35,353 nucleotides of DNA from a virus. Shown here one piece after another: positions 1-12,003 of this stretch. The stretch lies in UHGV virus genome UHGV-0105470. One strand, 5' to 3'. Numbering within the stretch: the first letter of the stretch is position 1; each line of letters begins with the position of its first letter. A program made the position numbers and the translations under genes. The notes beneath the pieces were generated by a model. That model was not told where the DNA came from. It saw nothing but the letters and a program-made list of their open reading frames with translations, and ran no database searches.

Positions 1-2351
<2,351 letters not shown>

Positions 2352-2352
<1 letters not shown>

Positions 2353-2591
2353 TACATTTTTCCTGCTCTTCTAAGTTCGTTGTAAGCAATTTCCTCTTTA
2401 TACGACCTCTGAATCTCAAGAAATTGTCTCAATGATAATAAATCAGAGAATGTCATAGCAAAGAGTTGGTCAAGTGTTTCTTTACACCCTTCCATACCAT
2501 AAATAGCAAGCACAAATTTCATCTCGTCTGCTTCTTCATAGGTTGCCTCTACAGCAGCATCAGTCAGTGGTGTCTGTAGAGTATTGCCCAT
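2352..2591 (-). CDS. tail assembly chaperone, frameshift-extension ORF (T-like part of a G/GT pair)
   Basis: 79-aa ORF in the -1 frame relative to 2594..2992, directly upstream of the tape measure gene (stop/start overlap TAATG); -1 frame is open back to the slippery site. Confidence 0.55.
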
Positions 2592-2593
2592 GT

Positions 2594-2992
2594 TTACTGA
2601 GAAGTTAGGCTTTTGAAAATGCTTGCTTCGAAAAAACTTCCGAAGTTTGCCTCCAGCGCAAATGCTAAGTAATCAATAAACTCGCCGTAGTTTGCTTGGA
2701 AGTACGTATCAATATTAAGTGGGAAGTCATCAACAGTTGCCCCTTGAAATAACAAGGTAGCCATTTCTTCAAGGTTAATTTCTTCAATTCTGTCAAAACA
2801 AGCTTCAACAAGTTCTTTAAATGGAACCATCGGTGCTTCTTTCTTATCTTTATCAGTCAGACTTGATAGCATCTGTGCAAATGTTGGAACAACAATTTTA
2901 CCCAACTTCATAGACATCTTAATACCATCTCTTGCCCCAAGCAGAACGATATTTACTTTCTTACCATTAATTACTCTAGATTCTGTTTTCAT
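2594..2992 (-). CDS. tail assembly chaperone (G-like)
   Basis: 132-aa ORF between tube and tape measure genes; contains slippery heptamer T_TTT_TTC about 16 codons before its stop. Confidence 0.6.
   Translation of the reverse strand: MKTESRVINGKKVNIVLLGARDGIKMSMKLGKIVVPTFAQMLSSLTDKDKKEAPMVPFKELVEACFDRIEEINLEEMATLLFQGATVDDFPLNIDTYFQANYGEFIDYLAFALEANFGSFFEASIFKSLTSQ
2630..2636 (-). other. candidate -1 programmed ribosomal frameshift site (T_TTT_TTC)
   Basis: Plus-strand gaaaaaa at 2630-2636 reads UUUUUUC on the coding strand in X_XXY_YYZ phase; the -1 frame then runs without stops into the 79-aa ORF. Confidence 0.5.
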
Positions 2993-3064
2993 TGTGATTC
3001 CTTAATACTTTAAAAGAAACAAAAAAGGGGAAGACCTTTTAAAGTCTCCCCCTTATAGGATTTA

Positions 3065-3511
3065 TTAAACACTTGACGCTGGAATTGTTGAAGTATAGTC
3101 TAGCTTCTCACAACCAAAAATCCAAGTTTTAGAGTTCTGGTCACGACCAAGTTCAATCTGTGGTAATTCCTGCAACCAAGCATTAATACCAGTTGCCAGA
3201 ACAGAGCCTGATGGGTCGTAGATTACGAAGTTAGAAGAGATATCTTCTTCAAGTTCCATATTGTCTTGTTTAGCTTGAATTGCAGAAAGCATCTGATTAG
3301 AGAGAGAAGTCTGCATTAGCTCAATCTCAATAGTACCTGTCTTGTCTGCATTTCTTGTCAGAGCAACCTGACCACCTGCACCTACAACTGGTGTGATAAG
3401 TGGTGATGTTCTCTGTAGACGTAAGAATGAGTCTGGAGCAAAGCCTTCAATAGCAATGCCATTCCAGCTACATACAACGTCTTTAGGGGAATATTGCTGA
3501 TACATAGCCAT
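3065..3511 (-). CDS. tail tube protein (contractile tail)
   Basis: 148-aa ORF directly downstream of the sheath gene, in P2-like order sheath-tube-chaperones-tape measure. Confidence 0.6.
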   Translation of the reverse strand: MAMYQQYSPKDVVCSWNGIAIEGFAPDSFLRLQRTSPLITPVVGAGGQVALTRNADKTGTIEIELMQTSLSNQMLSAIQAKQDNMELEEDISSNFVIYDPSGSVLATGINAWLQELPQIELGRDQNSKTWIFGCEKLDYTSTIPASSV

Positions 3512-3526
3512 TCCAATTTACCTCTA

Positions 3527-4879
3527 TTATTCGTAAGCCACTGTACCTTTCAAGTCAACATCCAAGATAGCCCCTGCTAAGATACCTGCGAAGGTAACAT
3601 CTTTCAGGATACGAGCTTTCTTGTCTGCCAAAGCAACTTGAGAGGCTTTAGGAACATTAACTGTGTAAGATGACAGGAAGTTTCTGTTGACTGCTCTTTG
3701 TAGAGAGGTTTCAATGACTTGACGAATACGGGTAATACCAGTATCATCATAAGTAATCTTACCACCCTTCTGGTTAATTAGCAAGTCTCTCAGAGAAGTT
3801 TTCAGGTCTGATTCCAACCAGTCAACACCACGGACGATATCAATCCATTCCCCACCAGAAGTAATCCCTCTACGAACCACTGGAACACCACCATCAAGGT
3901 CAATAAAGTTACAGTGACGTGCATCTAAAGCTGACTTCTGAATACTTGTCAGAGGTCTCTTATTAGCTGGCTGTAGAGAAGCAGCTACACCAGTTAGCTG
4001 AGCATTACCCCAAGCAATTGAACCTGCATCATATGGAGCACCATAAGCAATATATGCCATCTCTGGATAATCTTCTGCCGCTGTGTGATGCCACAAGCAA
4101 ACTGTGCGAGTATACATACTCTTAGCAAGCTGTGCTGGAACATCATTTGCACTGTTTAATTCTGTACCTTGTAGTGCTGCTACATCAGAGTTAGCTGTGA
4201 AGAAGATTTTCTTACGAGCCTGAATCTCAGAAGCCATTGCCAAAACAAACTGTTGAGTTCTGTCTTCTGCTGCAATGAAATACCAGTCGGTAGAATAAGC
4301 TTCAATAGCTGCCAGAGCAGTTGACGCTGTATCAGCAGTTGTGCTTGCAATAGACACAGTTTGTGCTGTAGTGGTTACCTTCACGAAATCATTGTCACCA
4401 GCTTTGGAGATGACCATTGTGGCAGAACCGTTGCTACCAGTAACATTGACTGAAACTTTATCTTTAATTGATTGGTCAGCTTCAATCTGTGTTTTAAACT
4501 GTTGTAATACATTCTCGGCAGTGTCTTCACCTTGTGAGGTGTACTGGAATGGTTGTGACATTCCCCCACCGACAGCTACAGTAATTGAGTAGTCTGTACT
4601 TTCGGTAACAGCATCAGGAATTGATACAGTATACTGCATAGCACGTCTACCAATATAAAGCTGAGTTACTTTAGGAGTCTGACTCCAAAGTTGTTTAGCA
4701 GCCTTATATGCAGCAGTATTCTCATCGAAATCTTCAGCAACTTCAGTTAAGGAAGTGTAGCCACGAACTCTTTCTTCAAAGTTATCTGTTGAAGCTAAGA
4801 ATAGTGGCAAACCAAAACCTTCTCTTGTAGTTCCTGCGGTGTTCAATGTAATATCTACATTAACAATTGGATTCCACAT
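3527..4879 (-). CDS. tail sheath protein
   Basis: 450-aa ORF preceding tube gene; size and gene order typical of contractile tail sheath. Confidence 0.65.
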   Translation of the reverse strand: MWNPIVNVDITLNTAGTTREGFGLPLFLASTDNFEERVRGYTSLTEVAEDFDENTAAYKAAKQLWSQTPKVTQLYIGRRAMQYTVSIPDAVTESTDYSITVAVGGGMSQPFQYTSQGEDTAENVLQQFKTQIEADQSIKDKVSVNVTGSNGSATMVISKAGDNDFVKVTTTAQTVSIASTTADTASTALAAIEAYSTDWYFIAAEDRTQQFVLAMASEIQARKKIFFTANSDVAALQGTELNSANDVPAQLAKSMYTRTVCLWHHTAAEDYPEMAYIAYGAPYDAGSIAWGNAQLTGVAASLQPANKRPLTSIQKSALDARHCNFIDLDGGVPVVRRGITSGGEWIDIVRGVDWLESDLKTSLRDLLINQKGGKITYDDTGITRIRQVIETSLQRAVNRNFLSSYTVNVPKASQVALADKKARILKDVTFAGILAGAILDVDLKGTVAYE

Positions 4880-5479
4880 TTATTTTACCCCTTTGGAGTC
4901 TACATCTAGATGGATAGTATATTCTGGTGGCTCTTGCCCTTCTTCATAAACCAACTCACCATCAACAATGACACGCTCAATAATACTTCCACGTTCATCT
5001 TTCAGGACTGAGTTTTTTACAAGAGTTACAACAAGAGGTGCAGAATTTTCGAAATCTGTATTGAGATAAGTATAGTCATTCGGGATTGCTCCAGTGTCTA
5101 GTACTGTAGCCCCTGTTTCTTCAAGGATTAAATCTCTGACTGAACTCATCTCTAATCGTTGTTTAAGCTCAAGCATAATACTGTGAGCACCTTTACCATT
5201 TACCGTAATTAATACAGGAATCTGAAAAGCAATTCTGTAGCAAACTACATCATCCTCAACAAACTTATCAAGAACCCAACCATAAGGTGTTGCAGCATCT
5301 TGACAGTATACGGTAATAAATGGCTGGTCAGGTTTTAAACCTTTGTCATTTGAGTTATCAGAAGGGTAAGCTCTAATTACATTTGGTCTATTATTCTTAT
5401 CACGAGCTAATCTGTGACCAATAACATCCACTAAGGTTCTAACTAGACCTTTTTCAAGTTCTGCTGTTTCTAACTGCAT
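4880..5479 (-). CDS. hypothetical protein (neck/tail completion candidate)
   Basis: 199-aa ORF between head and tail modules; ATG at 5479. Confidence 0.5.
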   Translation of the reverse strand: MQLETAELEKGLVRTLVDVIGHRLARDKNNRPNVIRAYPSDNSNDKGLKPDQPFITVYCQDAATPYGWVLDKFVEDDVVCYRIAFQIPVLITVNGKGAHSIMLELKQRLEMSSVRDLILEETGATVLDTGAIPNDYTYLNTDFENSAPLVVTLVKNSVLKDERGSIIERVIVDGELVYEEGQEPPEYTIHLDVDSKGVK

Positions 5480-5855
5480 TCATTTTATCCCTTCTAATAA
5501 TGATATATTCATAATGGGATGTATGGGCTAATTGCTGTGACCAATCCATAGTCATAAATACTTCATACTCATGACCATCAATCATAACAATGTCAGACTC
5601 ATTCCACTCTACATCGTCTGAAGTTCTAAGTTTATATGTAGTGTACAGGATTCTTGTATCGGTAAGTCTAATACCTTCCGGTAAAGCAATCTGTGTACCA
5701 TTCTTTACAGAACCTTTGATATATGGCTGGATATTACCTTTACAGTTAACCTCTACAATATCTTGTGAAGCTACCCAATCACCATCATCATTATAATAAC
5801 CGTCTTCAGAGACTTTACGCTTTACTACAAAGCTGTGTCTGTTTAAGAGTCTCAT
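5454..5855 (-). CDS. hypothetical protein (head-tail joining candidate)
   Basis: 133-aa ORF in the tightly packed structural operon. Confidence 0.5.
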   Translation of the reverse strand: MRLLNRHSFVVKRKVSEDGYYNDDGDWVASQDIVEVNCKGNIQPYIKGSVKNGTQIALPEGIRLTDTRILYTTYKLRTSDDVEWNESDIVMIDGHEYEVFMTMDWSQQLAHTSHYEYIIIRRDKMNAVRNSRT

Positions 5856-6334
5856 TTTTTAATACCCTTCTTAGTAGAAATTTTATAAGCAAGGTTATCC
5901 CTTAAGTCACCTGTCTCAACAAGAGGTGCATTAAAGCCTTTTTTCTTGACTGTGGAAGGTGCGTTAGGAGGGAGGATAGCAGAATTACCAAAACCTCTTT
6001 TAATCGCCTTTTGAGCATTCTTTGCAAATGCTTCTAAGGTATTTGAAGGGTCTGTGTTGAGACTGCTAAGTTGCTTATATAGATTCTTCTTAGTCTGCTC
6101 TAACAAGGTCTGTTTGTTTAGCATCATAGTGATTTCAAACAACCTACGATATACTTTACCAGAAGCTGAAGGAACCCCAATGACTTCTTGTAAATACATT
6201 AAAGCAGGATAAGAAAAACCAGAGCTATGTTGACCTTGTTCTTGAAAATACCCAACTTGAGCATTAGCCGTTTGCAAGTTCTTCATAGCCCCGACTAATT
6301 TTGCTCTAGCGGGGTGAATAACCCTTTTAACCAT
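5852..6334 (-). CDS. hypothetical protein (head-tail adaptor candidate)
   Basis: 160-aa ORF; overlapping start/stop with neighbours suggests translational coupling. Confidence 0.5.
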   Translation of the reverse strand: MVKRVIHPARAKLVGAMKNLQTANAQVGYFQEQGQHSSGFSYPALMYLQEVIGVPSASGKVYRRLFEITMMLNKQTLLEQTKKNLYKQLSSLNTDPSNTLEAFAKNAQKAIKRGFGNSAILPPNAPSTVKKKGFNAPLVETGDLRDNLAYKISTKKGIKK

Positions 6335-6783
6335 TATTCATCTCGCTCGATAATAAATACGCCATTAACACGGTTGCAGTAATCTCTGCCTTCGTATCTG
6401 GCAGCATCACCATATTCTGTGTATTTCTTGACAGAGCAAGGATTCTGACGACGCATATCAATGTCACACTGATTAATACCACCTACATAGGGTAGTCCTG
6501 AAACAGAGCTTTTAACAAGGTCGTCATAAACAGCTTTCAGAGATTTGAATCTGGAAGAGTTACGTAAATAAACACCACCAACCTTCTCATCTCCCATCTT
6601 GGCTACTTGAAAGAGTAAATATTTAAGAGCTTTGATGGCTGCTTTCTTTTCATCCTTTCCAGATTCTAGATAGAACCACTCTAGCACAGACTGCTCAATA
6701 AGAATCTCATCATTATTGGTGTCTGTGCAGAGGATTCTTACTCTATCAAGAGGGTTATTGGCTGGGTCGCCTGTATAACACAT
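6334..6783 (-). CDS. hypothetical protein (head completion candidate)
   Basis: 149-aa ORF immediately downstream of the major capsid gene. Confidence 0.5.
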   Translation of the reverse strand: MCYTGDPANNPLDRVRILCTDTNNDEILIEQSVLEWFYLESGKDEKKAAIKALKYLLFQVAKMGDEKVGGVYLRNSSRFKSLKAVYDDLVKSSVSGLPYVGGINQCDIDMRRQNPCSVKKYTEYGDAARYEGRDYCNRVNGVFIIERDE

Positions 6784-6804
6784 TCATAACCCTCCTTAAG
6801 AATA

Positions 6805-7908
6805 TTAGTCTTTGGCGTCAGCACGAACATCTACCAGCAACTGAGGACGAGTACAGTATGGCAGCATGTAAGAGTGAGCTTCAAAGTCAATACCTTCGTC
6901 ACGGTCTTTTTCGTATTCGAATACGTACAGTTCCTGACCAAGTGTGTTTGCATAACCCATCTTAGGACATGGACCATATGCAACTTCGAAGATGTTGTTA
7001 GCTTCACCAAGCATAGATACGTTAGGGAAAGCATGACCAACACCAACAGTTGCTGCTGCACCATCAATGCTCACCAGAGTGTGAACCTTACCACGCTTGT
7101 CTTTGAACTTACCGTTGTACTGGACAAACTTAACACCACCGTAGTAGAAAGTGTTCATATGAGCCTGAACGCCGTCAGTACCACCAGTTCTCAGAGAACC
7201 AGTAATCTGTTGCCAAGCCAGTGGGGTCTGCTGTGCAAGATAAGCGTCACGAATCTTAGGATGCTTAACCAGCTTGCTGAAGAATACACGGTCAACAACT
7301 ACGTGAATTTCTTCACCGTTGATTACAGTGCCAGTCTTAGCTTCGTCTTCCATGTGCATACGCAGTTCTTCAATAGAAGCGTCGATGTCAGCATTAGGGT
7401 TGTCAAGGTCGAAGTAAACAGTCTTCTTCTCAACGTCGAACTGCTTGTACAGGTCAGCGTACAGCGTACCACGAGCATCAACAACTTTACCCTTCAGAGC
7501 TTGCATAAACAGGAACTCACGAGTAATATCGAACTTGGTACGAATCTTCATCAGCTTCTTAGCACGTACTACAGCTTCAGTAGTCAGTTCGTTTGCAGTG
7601 CCTGGCTGACGTACACCCTGAATTTCATCAGGAGTGATGCTTTCAACTTCTTTGAAGTACATCATTGGGAAGCTGATTTGACGGACACGCTCAGGTGCGC
7701 TAGTCTCTGCTTTACGGCTATCACGGTCTACCGCATCAAGCAAGCTAACATCCCAATCAGTCAAGTCCATAAGGAAAGTAGTTTGGGTGATTGGTGCTGA
7801 ACGGAATAGACCTAAGTTGGAAATATACCCATAAGTATTTGGGATAGACTGGACTTCACCAGTCAGGTCAGCAAGGAAAAATCTGCTTTTTTCAGAATTA
7901 GTCAACAT
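6805..7908 (-). CDS. major capsid protein (lambda gpE-like)
   Basis: 367-aa ORF after protease and decoration genes; strong SD (GGAGA) before ATG; C-terminal region resembles lambda E-family capsid proteins from memory. Confidence 0.7.
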   Translation of the reverse strand: MLTNSEKSRFFLADLTGEVQSIPNTYGYISNLGLFRSAPITQTTFLMDLTDWDVSLLDAVDRDSRKAETSAPERVRQISFPMMYFKEVESITPDEIQGVRQPGTANELTTEAVVRAKKLMKIRTKFDITREFLFMQALKGKVVDARGTLYADLYKQFDVEKKTVYFDLDNPNADIDASIEELRMHMEDEAKTGTVINGEEIHVVVDRVFFSKLVKHPKIRDAYLAQQTPLAWQQITGSLRTGGTDGVQAHMNTFYYGGVKFVQYNGKFKDKRGKVHTLVSIDGAAATVGVGHAFPNVSMLGEANNIFEVAYGPCPKMGYANTLGQELYVFEYEKDRDEGIDFEAHSYMLPYCTRPQLLVDVRADAKD

Positions 7909-7941
7909 TGTAAAATTCTCCAGAATGTCTTATTATTGTTA

Positions 7942-8319
7942 TTACAGGCCAGTTGGTACGAAATCAATACCTTTAGCAGCCAGAGCTGTCTTGACTGCAT
8001 CAGCATCAACACCTGATTCAAGAGTAAGCAGGTCTTTTAGTTCTGCGTCACGGTAAATACCAACCACTTTCAACTGACCGTGGTAAGATAGTTGCAGGTC
8101 TGCATAAAAGTTAACGATACATACAGAATCAGCCTGAGCTTCTTCTCCTGCTGCAACTTTAGTACCATCTGCTTTCAGGACTTCACCTACACGGTATTCT
8201 GTTGAAGCAACTGGGGTGTACTCTTTACGAGAGTGGCCTGTTGGGGTAACCTGTTCCCAAAGAATGATATCATTCAGAGGTTCTCTTTTACCTAGCTTAG
8301 TAAAACCTTCATATGCCAT
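7942..8319 (-). CDS. head decoration protein (lambda gpD-like)
   Basis: 125-aa ORF between protease/scaffold and capsid genes, the canonical gpD position. Confidence 0.55.
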   Translation of the reverse strand: MAYEGFTKLGKREPLNDIILWEQVTPTGHSRKEYTPVASTEYRVGEVLKADGTKVAAGEEAQADSVCIVNFYADLQLSYHGQLKVVGIYRDAELKDLLTLESGVDADAVKTALAAKGIDFVPTGL

Positions 8320-8330
8320 TATTGTGTTCC

Positions 8331-9677
8331 TTATTTAATAAGAGATTTTAGAGCATTCTGGAGAGCCAGTTTGCGTTGTTCAGCGGTGTCTTCGGAAGCA
8401 TTCTTAGCTGGTTCTTTTTCTTCTTCAACCAAATCAGCTTCGCCGTCATTACCCACTTCTTCCATAGCGTTGGAATGTTCAAGAACAGCACCAGCAGTTT
8501 CTTTCAGCTTGGTAATTTCTGATTCTTTTTCTTCCATTGCAGAAGCATGGGACGCGATAGTTTCATTAAGTTTCTGGTTAGCACCTTCCATAGCATTCAT
8601 AAACAGAACACTCAGAGGGTTATCAAGACCAGCACCTAAAATAGTCGTTGCAGCTTCTTTTGCATCAAATCCAAAAGCTTCAGCAGAAGCAGAAATCTTA
8701 TTAGTCAAATCTGACAAAGCAGCTTCCTGTTCTTTAGCTTTCATTTGAGCAACCTGAAGACGCAAAGCTTCTAGTTCTTGCTTTTCTTGTTCAGTCATTT
8801 CTTCACCTGAATTGTTAACGTTTAAACTTACAGGAGCCTCTTCAGAACCTTGTAAGTAATTTAAGAAATCATCTTGAGACATGATTGAGTTAATTAAACC
8901 AAGTTCAAGAGCTTCCTGAGCAGAATAAACATTCGCCTCAGTATTCTTTACAGCTTCTTCAGAGAGATTACGAGATTCAGCTACAAAACCTGTAAAGGTT
9001 GCGTAGGTATCATTAATTCTCTTTTGAAGTCTTTCTTTGCTTTCTTCTGAAAGTGCTTGGAATGGTGAACCCATACCTTTAAACTCACCAGCTTTGATGA
9101 CGTTAATTGTTACGCCATTCTTTTCAAATGCCTTAGTTAATTCCTGATGAACCATGATTACACCGATAGAACCAACATCTGCATCTGGTGATGCAATAAT
9201 TTCTTCAGCAGAAGATGCAAGAGCATATGCAGCGGAACAAGCGAACTCATCTACATAAGCAATAATTTTCTTTTGGCCTCTTGAAGCCATAATGTGACGT
9301 GCTAATTCAAAGCAACCTGAAGCTTCACCACCACCAGAATCAATATGCAGAACAATAGTCTTAATTGACTCATCTGCTAGAGCTTCGTCAAAGCCTCTAC
9401 GTAAACCCTCATAAGAGCTTAAACCACCAGTACACATTGCATCAATGAATGTCATACGATGAGTTAAACCACCCATAATAGGGATAATAGCAATATCATC
9501 TTTTACTTTTAAAAGACTTCTTGCTTCACCTTTGGGTTTATCAAAGTTTACTGCTGCTTGGACATCACCCAGCAATCTGTTATTCACATAAGTTGCTGCT
9601 GAGTGAGCTAATGATTCAGTGGCTAGTAAAGGTTGGTTGAATAATCTATCAGCAAGTCTGAAGATATTCGAACTCAT
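8331..9677 (-). CDS. prohead protease, S49 (SppA/ClpP-like) family, with C-terminal scaffold-like domain
   Basis: HIDSGGGE and DEFACSAAYALAS...VGSIGV motifs typical of S49 peptidases; C-terminal 150 aa is charged and coiled-coil-like (QEKQELEALRLQVAQMKAKEQE). Confidence 0.8.
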   Translation of the reverse strand: MSSNIFRLADRLFNQPLLATESLAHSAATYVNNRLLGDVQAAVNFDKPKGEARSLLKVKDDIAIIPIMGGLTHRMTFIDAMCTGGLSSYEGLRRGFDEALADESIKTIVLHIDSGGGEASGCFELARHIMASRGQKKIIAYVDEFACSAAYALASSAEEIIASPDADVGSIGVIMVHQELTKAFEKNGVTINVIKAGEFKGMGSPFQALSEESKERLQKRINDTYATFTGFVAESRNLSEEAVKNTEANVYSAQEALELGLINSIMSQDDFLNYLQGSEEAPVSLNVNNSGEEMTEQEKQELEALRLQVAQMKAKEQEAALSDLTNKISASAEAFGFDAKEAATTILGAGLDNPLSVLFMNAMEGANQKLNETIASHASAMEEKESEITKLKETAGAVLEHSNAMEEVGNDGEADLVEEEKEPAKNASEDTAEQRKLALQNALKSLIK

Positions 9678-9688
9678 TTTTACTCACC

Positions 9689-10021
9689 CTATTTGTTTAA
9701 ATCTACAGAGACTGAAGAGATAACATAGATACCTTCTTCAGCGAAGAATTGAGGTTTGCTAAGAGCACCAGTTGCCACGCATTTATCGTTAGCATCCCAC
9801 AAGCTATAGTGTGAGACCGTTGCAGAAGCTGGAACAGTAATGCTAACTGTGTCTTCTGAGGCAATTAAGCCATTATCCGGTTCAGAAAAATAAATAGCCA
9901 CTGGCTGAGTAACCTTATTTGCTGTAGGGTCTGCCGTTGGGTCTACATTGTGTAAAATAATAGTCGTTGGGGTTAGCGTGGCGAGGATTTTATTCTTACC
10001 ATCAATAGTTAATGTTCCCAT
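9689..10021 (-). CDS. hypothetical protein
   Basis: 110-aa ORF in head module. Confidence 0.45.
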   Translation of the reverse strand: MGTLTIDGKNKILATLTPTTIILHNVDPTADPTANKVTQPVAIYFSEPDNGLIASEDTVSITVPASATVSHYSLWDANDKCVATGALSKPQFFAEEGIYVISSVSVDLNK

Positions 10022-10521
10022 TAATTAAACCTTACTTTTTGTTTAAGGACTGTTGAATGGTTACCAGATTCATCTACCACATTTACAATCATATCATATA
10101 CTTTACCTTTGACAAGTACTTTGTAATCATTTTGTGAAAAAATGTATTCAAGTCTGTTTGTTTCTTTATTAACTGTCATTGGAGATTGAAATGCAGTATC
10201 GAGGGTAATGAAAGCGGCTTCAATGCTATTAACATTGATACGTTTATTCTCGCAGTTATATAACTTTACACCCAAAAGGCATGAACTGTCAAATGGAATT
10301 TTAACAATCTCACTACAATTTCCTGAAATAAACGGTTTTCCACTCATTGGTGCATCAAGTAACCTGCAAATAGTGAAAACGTCAGAGATTCCACCATCAC
10401 TAACATAACCTGAAAGGCTGACCCTTGAGCCAGCCTCCACAGATAACTTGTCAGTGATGATAAGGACACCCCTATACGAATGCACTCGTGTAGCATTTGA
10501 AATAGAGATAACTTCAGCCAT
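10021..10521 (-). CDS. hypothetical protein
   Basis: 166-aa ORF downstream of portal gene. Confidence 0.45.
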   Translation of the reverse strand: MAEVISISNATRVHSYRGVLIITDKLSVEAGSRVSLSGYVSDGGISDVFTICRLLDAPMSGKPFISGNCSEIVKIPFDSSCLLGVKLYNCENKRINVNSIEAAFITLDTAFQSPMTVNKETNRLEYIFSQNDYKVLVKGKVYDMIVNVVDESGNHSTVLKQKVRFN

Positions 10522-11996
10522 TATTTATTTGCCTTATTTGCTGTGCTTGGGTCTTTCGCTGAAGGTGTCTTTGCAGTACCTTCTCCAGCGGTCTTATAAC
10601 CATCTCCTGAGCGGCTTTGGCTATTTGGAGAAAGCTTTTCAGATACTGGCTGAGACTCATCAGCAGGAGGAAGACCAATATGCTCTCTAAGTTTGTTAGA
10701 TAGCTCTTTGTCAACTTCCAAAGCACCTACTGCAACAGTCTTCTGAATATAAGAACCAATTGCTTCAAGGTCTGGAGTTTCGATATCATCATATGTGATT
10801 TGTACATGTTCTTCATCATCCCACATATTAAGAGCGTAAGTCTGTGCAACTAAATCACGGTTAATTACGTTCTTAATTTGCTTCAGCAGAATATCTACTG
10901 ACATTGCTAATAGGCTTGTCTTAGAATCTGCAAGAGAGAATGAACCATATTTTGACTGACCCATAGCAAGAACATCTGACATAAATGCCATCATAATTTG
11001 CTTGGAATATCTGTCAATGATAGAACCTGTATCGTATGCTTTAGCACCCTGTCTAGAAACTAATGAGAACTCAAAGATATCCTCTTTAGTATCTGGGTCG
11101 ATATATCTAGGCCAGATTAAACCTGCTCTGTCATTAGCAATCATGTCATTAACAACAGTTTTGCAGTATTGTACGAAAGCTTTCTTTTCAGGTTCTGCAT
11201 TTTCATCCAGATAGTCTGGTGGTAAACCAATCTTTGGCATACCTACTAAGTCTCTTGAAACACCAACAGCTTCATACTCTTCAATCTGTACTTTATATTT
11301 CCACGGTACATAAGCATTAAGTAATGGTGAACGACCTTCTGGATTTCCATATTCATCGTCATACTTAAATAGCATGAATTTAGCTCGTGGAAGTTTTCTT
11401 GTTAGAGGTCTTTCTCCAAGATTGATTGCTCCAGCAATATGTGAAACATTTCTCAGATTCTGTCTAACACCAGTAACTTTTCTAAAGTCTTCGTCAAAAT
11501 ACCACTTATCAAGTGTTGACTGGTTTCTGATTGGTAATTTAGCCCACCCAATTAGACCGTCATCAAATTTTGACTGGTACTTTCCTTTTTTACCCTGACG
11601 TTTCTTATAAACCTTTTCGTTAACACAGAACCCATAAGTGCAGAATGACATTACAGAGTTAATAAAATCTGCCCAATCATGCTCCATGTCATCCATTAAA
11701 GAATTAAAGAAGTCTGCTCTTTCAAGCATTTTAGGGTCTTGCTCTTTTCCCTTTGGAGGTACGAATCTCCAGTTGACTTTTCTGACAAACATCTTAATAA
11801 TATTTACAGATGCTGCTACAGCAGGGTCACGCATCATTAATTGGAAAGTTTTAATACTTTCAGGGAACCTTAGTGCCTGACGAGGTTCTTCATAGATTCT
11901 TCCATTCTTAACCTTCAGACCCAAAGAACCTACTTCACCCATTCTAAATGGTGGTAAGCTTTCTTGTGTTTCTGTAATATCTGCCATTCTTCTCAC
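10521..11996 (-). CDS. portal protein
   Basis: 491-aa ORF immediately downstream of the large terminase gene; acidic/Lys-rich C-terminus. Confidence 0.6.
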   Translation of the reverse strand: MRRMADITETQESLPPFRMGEVGSLGLKVKNGRIYEEPRQALRFPESIKTFQLMMRDPAVAASVNIIKMFVRKVNWRFVPPKGKEQDPKMLERADFFNSLMDDMEHDWADFINSVMSFCTYGFCVNEKVYKKRQGKKGKYQSKFDDGLIGWAKLPIRNQSTLDKWYFDEDFRKVTGVRQNLRNVSHIAGAINLGERPLTRKLPRAKFMLFKYDDEYGNPEGRSPLLNAYVPWKYKVQIEEYEAVGVSRDLVGMPKIGLPPDYLDENAEPEKKAFVQYCKTVVNDMIANDRAGLIWPRYIDPDTKEDIFEFSLVSRQGAKAYDTGSIIDRYSKQIMMAFMSDVLAMGQSKYGSFSLADSKTSLLAMSVDILLKQIKNVINRDLVAQTYALNMWDDEEHVQITYDDIETPDLEAIGSYIQKTVAVGALEVDKELSNKLREHIGLPPADESQPVSEKLSPNSQSRSGDGYKTAGEGTAKTPSAKDPSTANKANK

Positions 11997-12003
11997 CTAG
12001 CTA

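Noticed and set aside
6874-7800. 308-aa plus-strand ORF antisense to the major capsid gene, and similar antisense ORFs at 158..385, 554..799, 860..1051, 4341..4592, 8371..8748, 11002..11880, 12124..12540
   Set aside because: They lie fully inside well-supported minus-strand structural genes, lack SD sequences and have low-complexity, Cys/Leu-rich translations typical of antisense artefacts.
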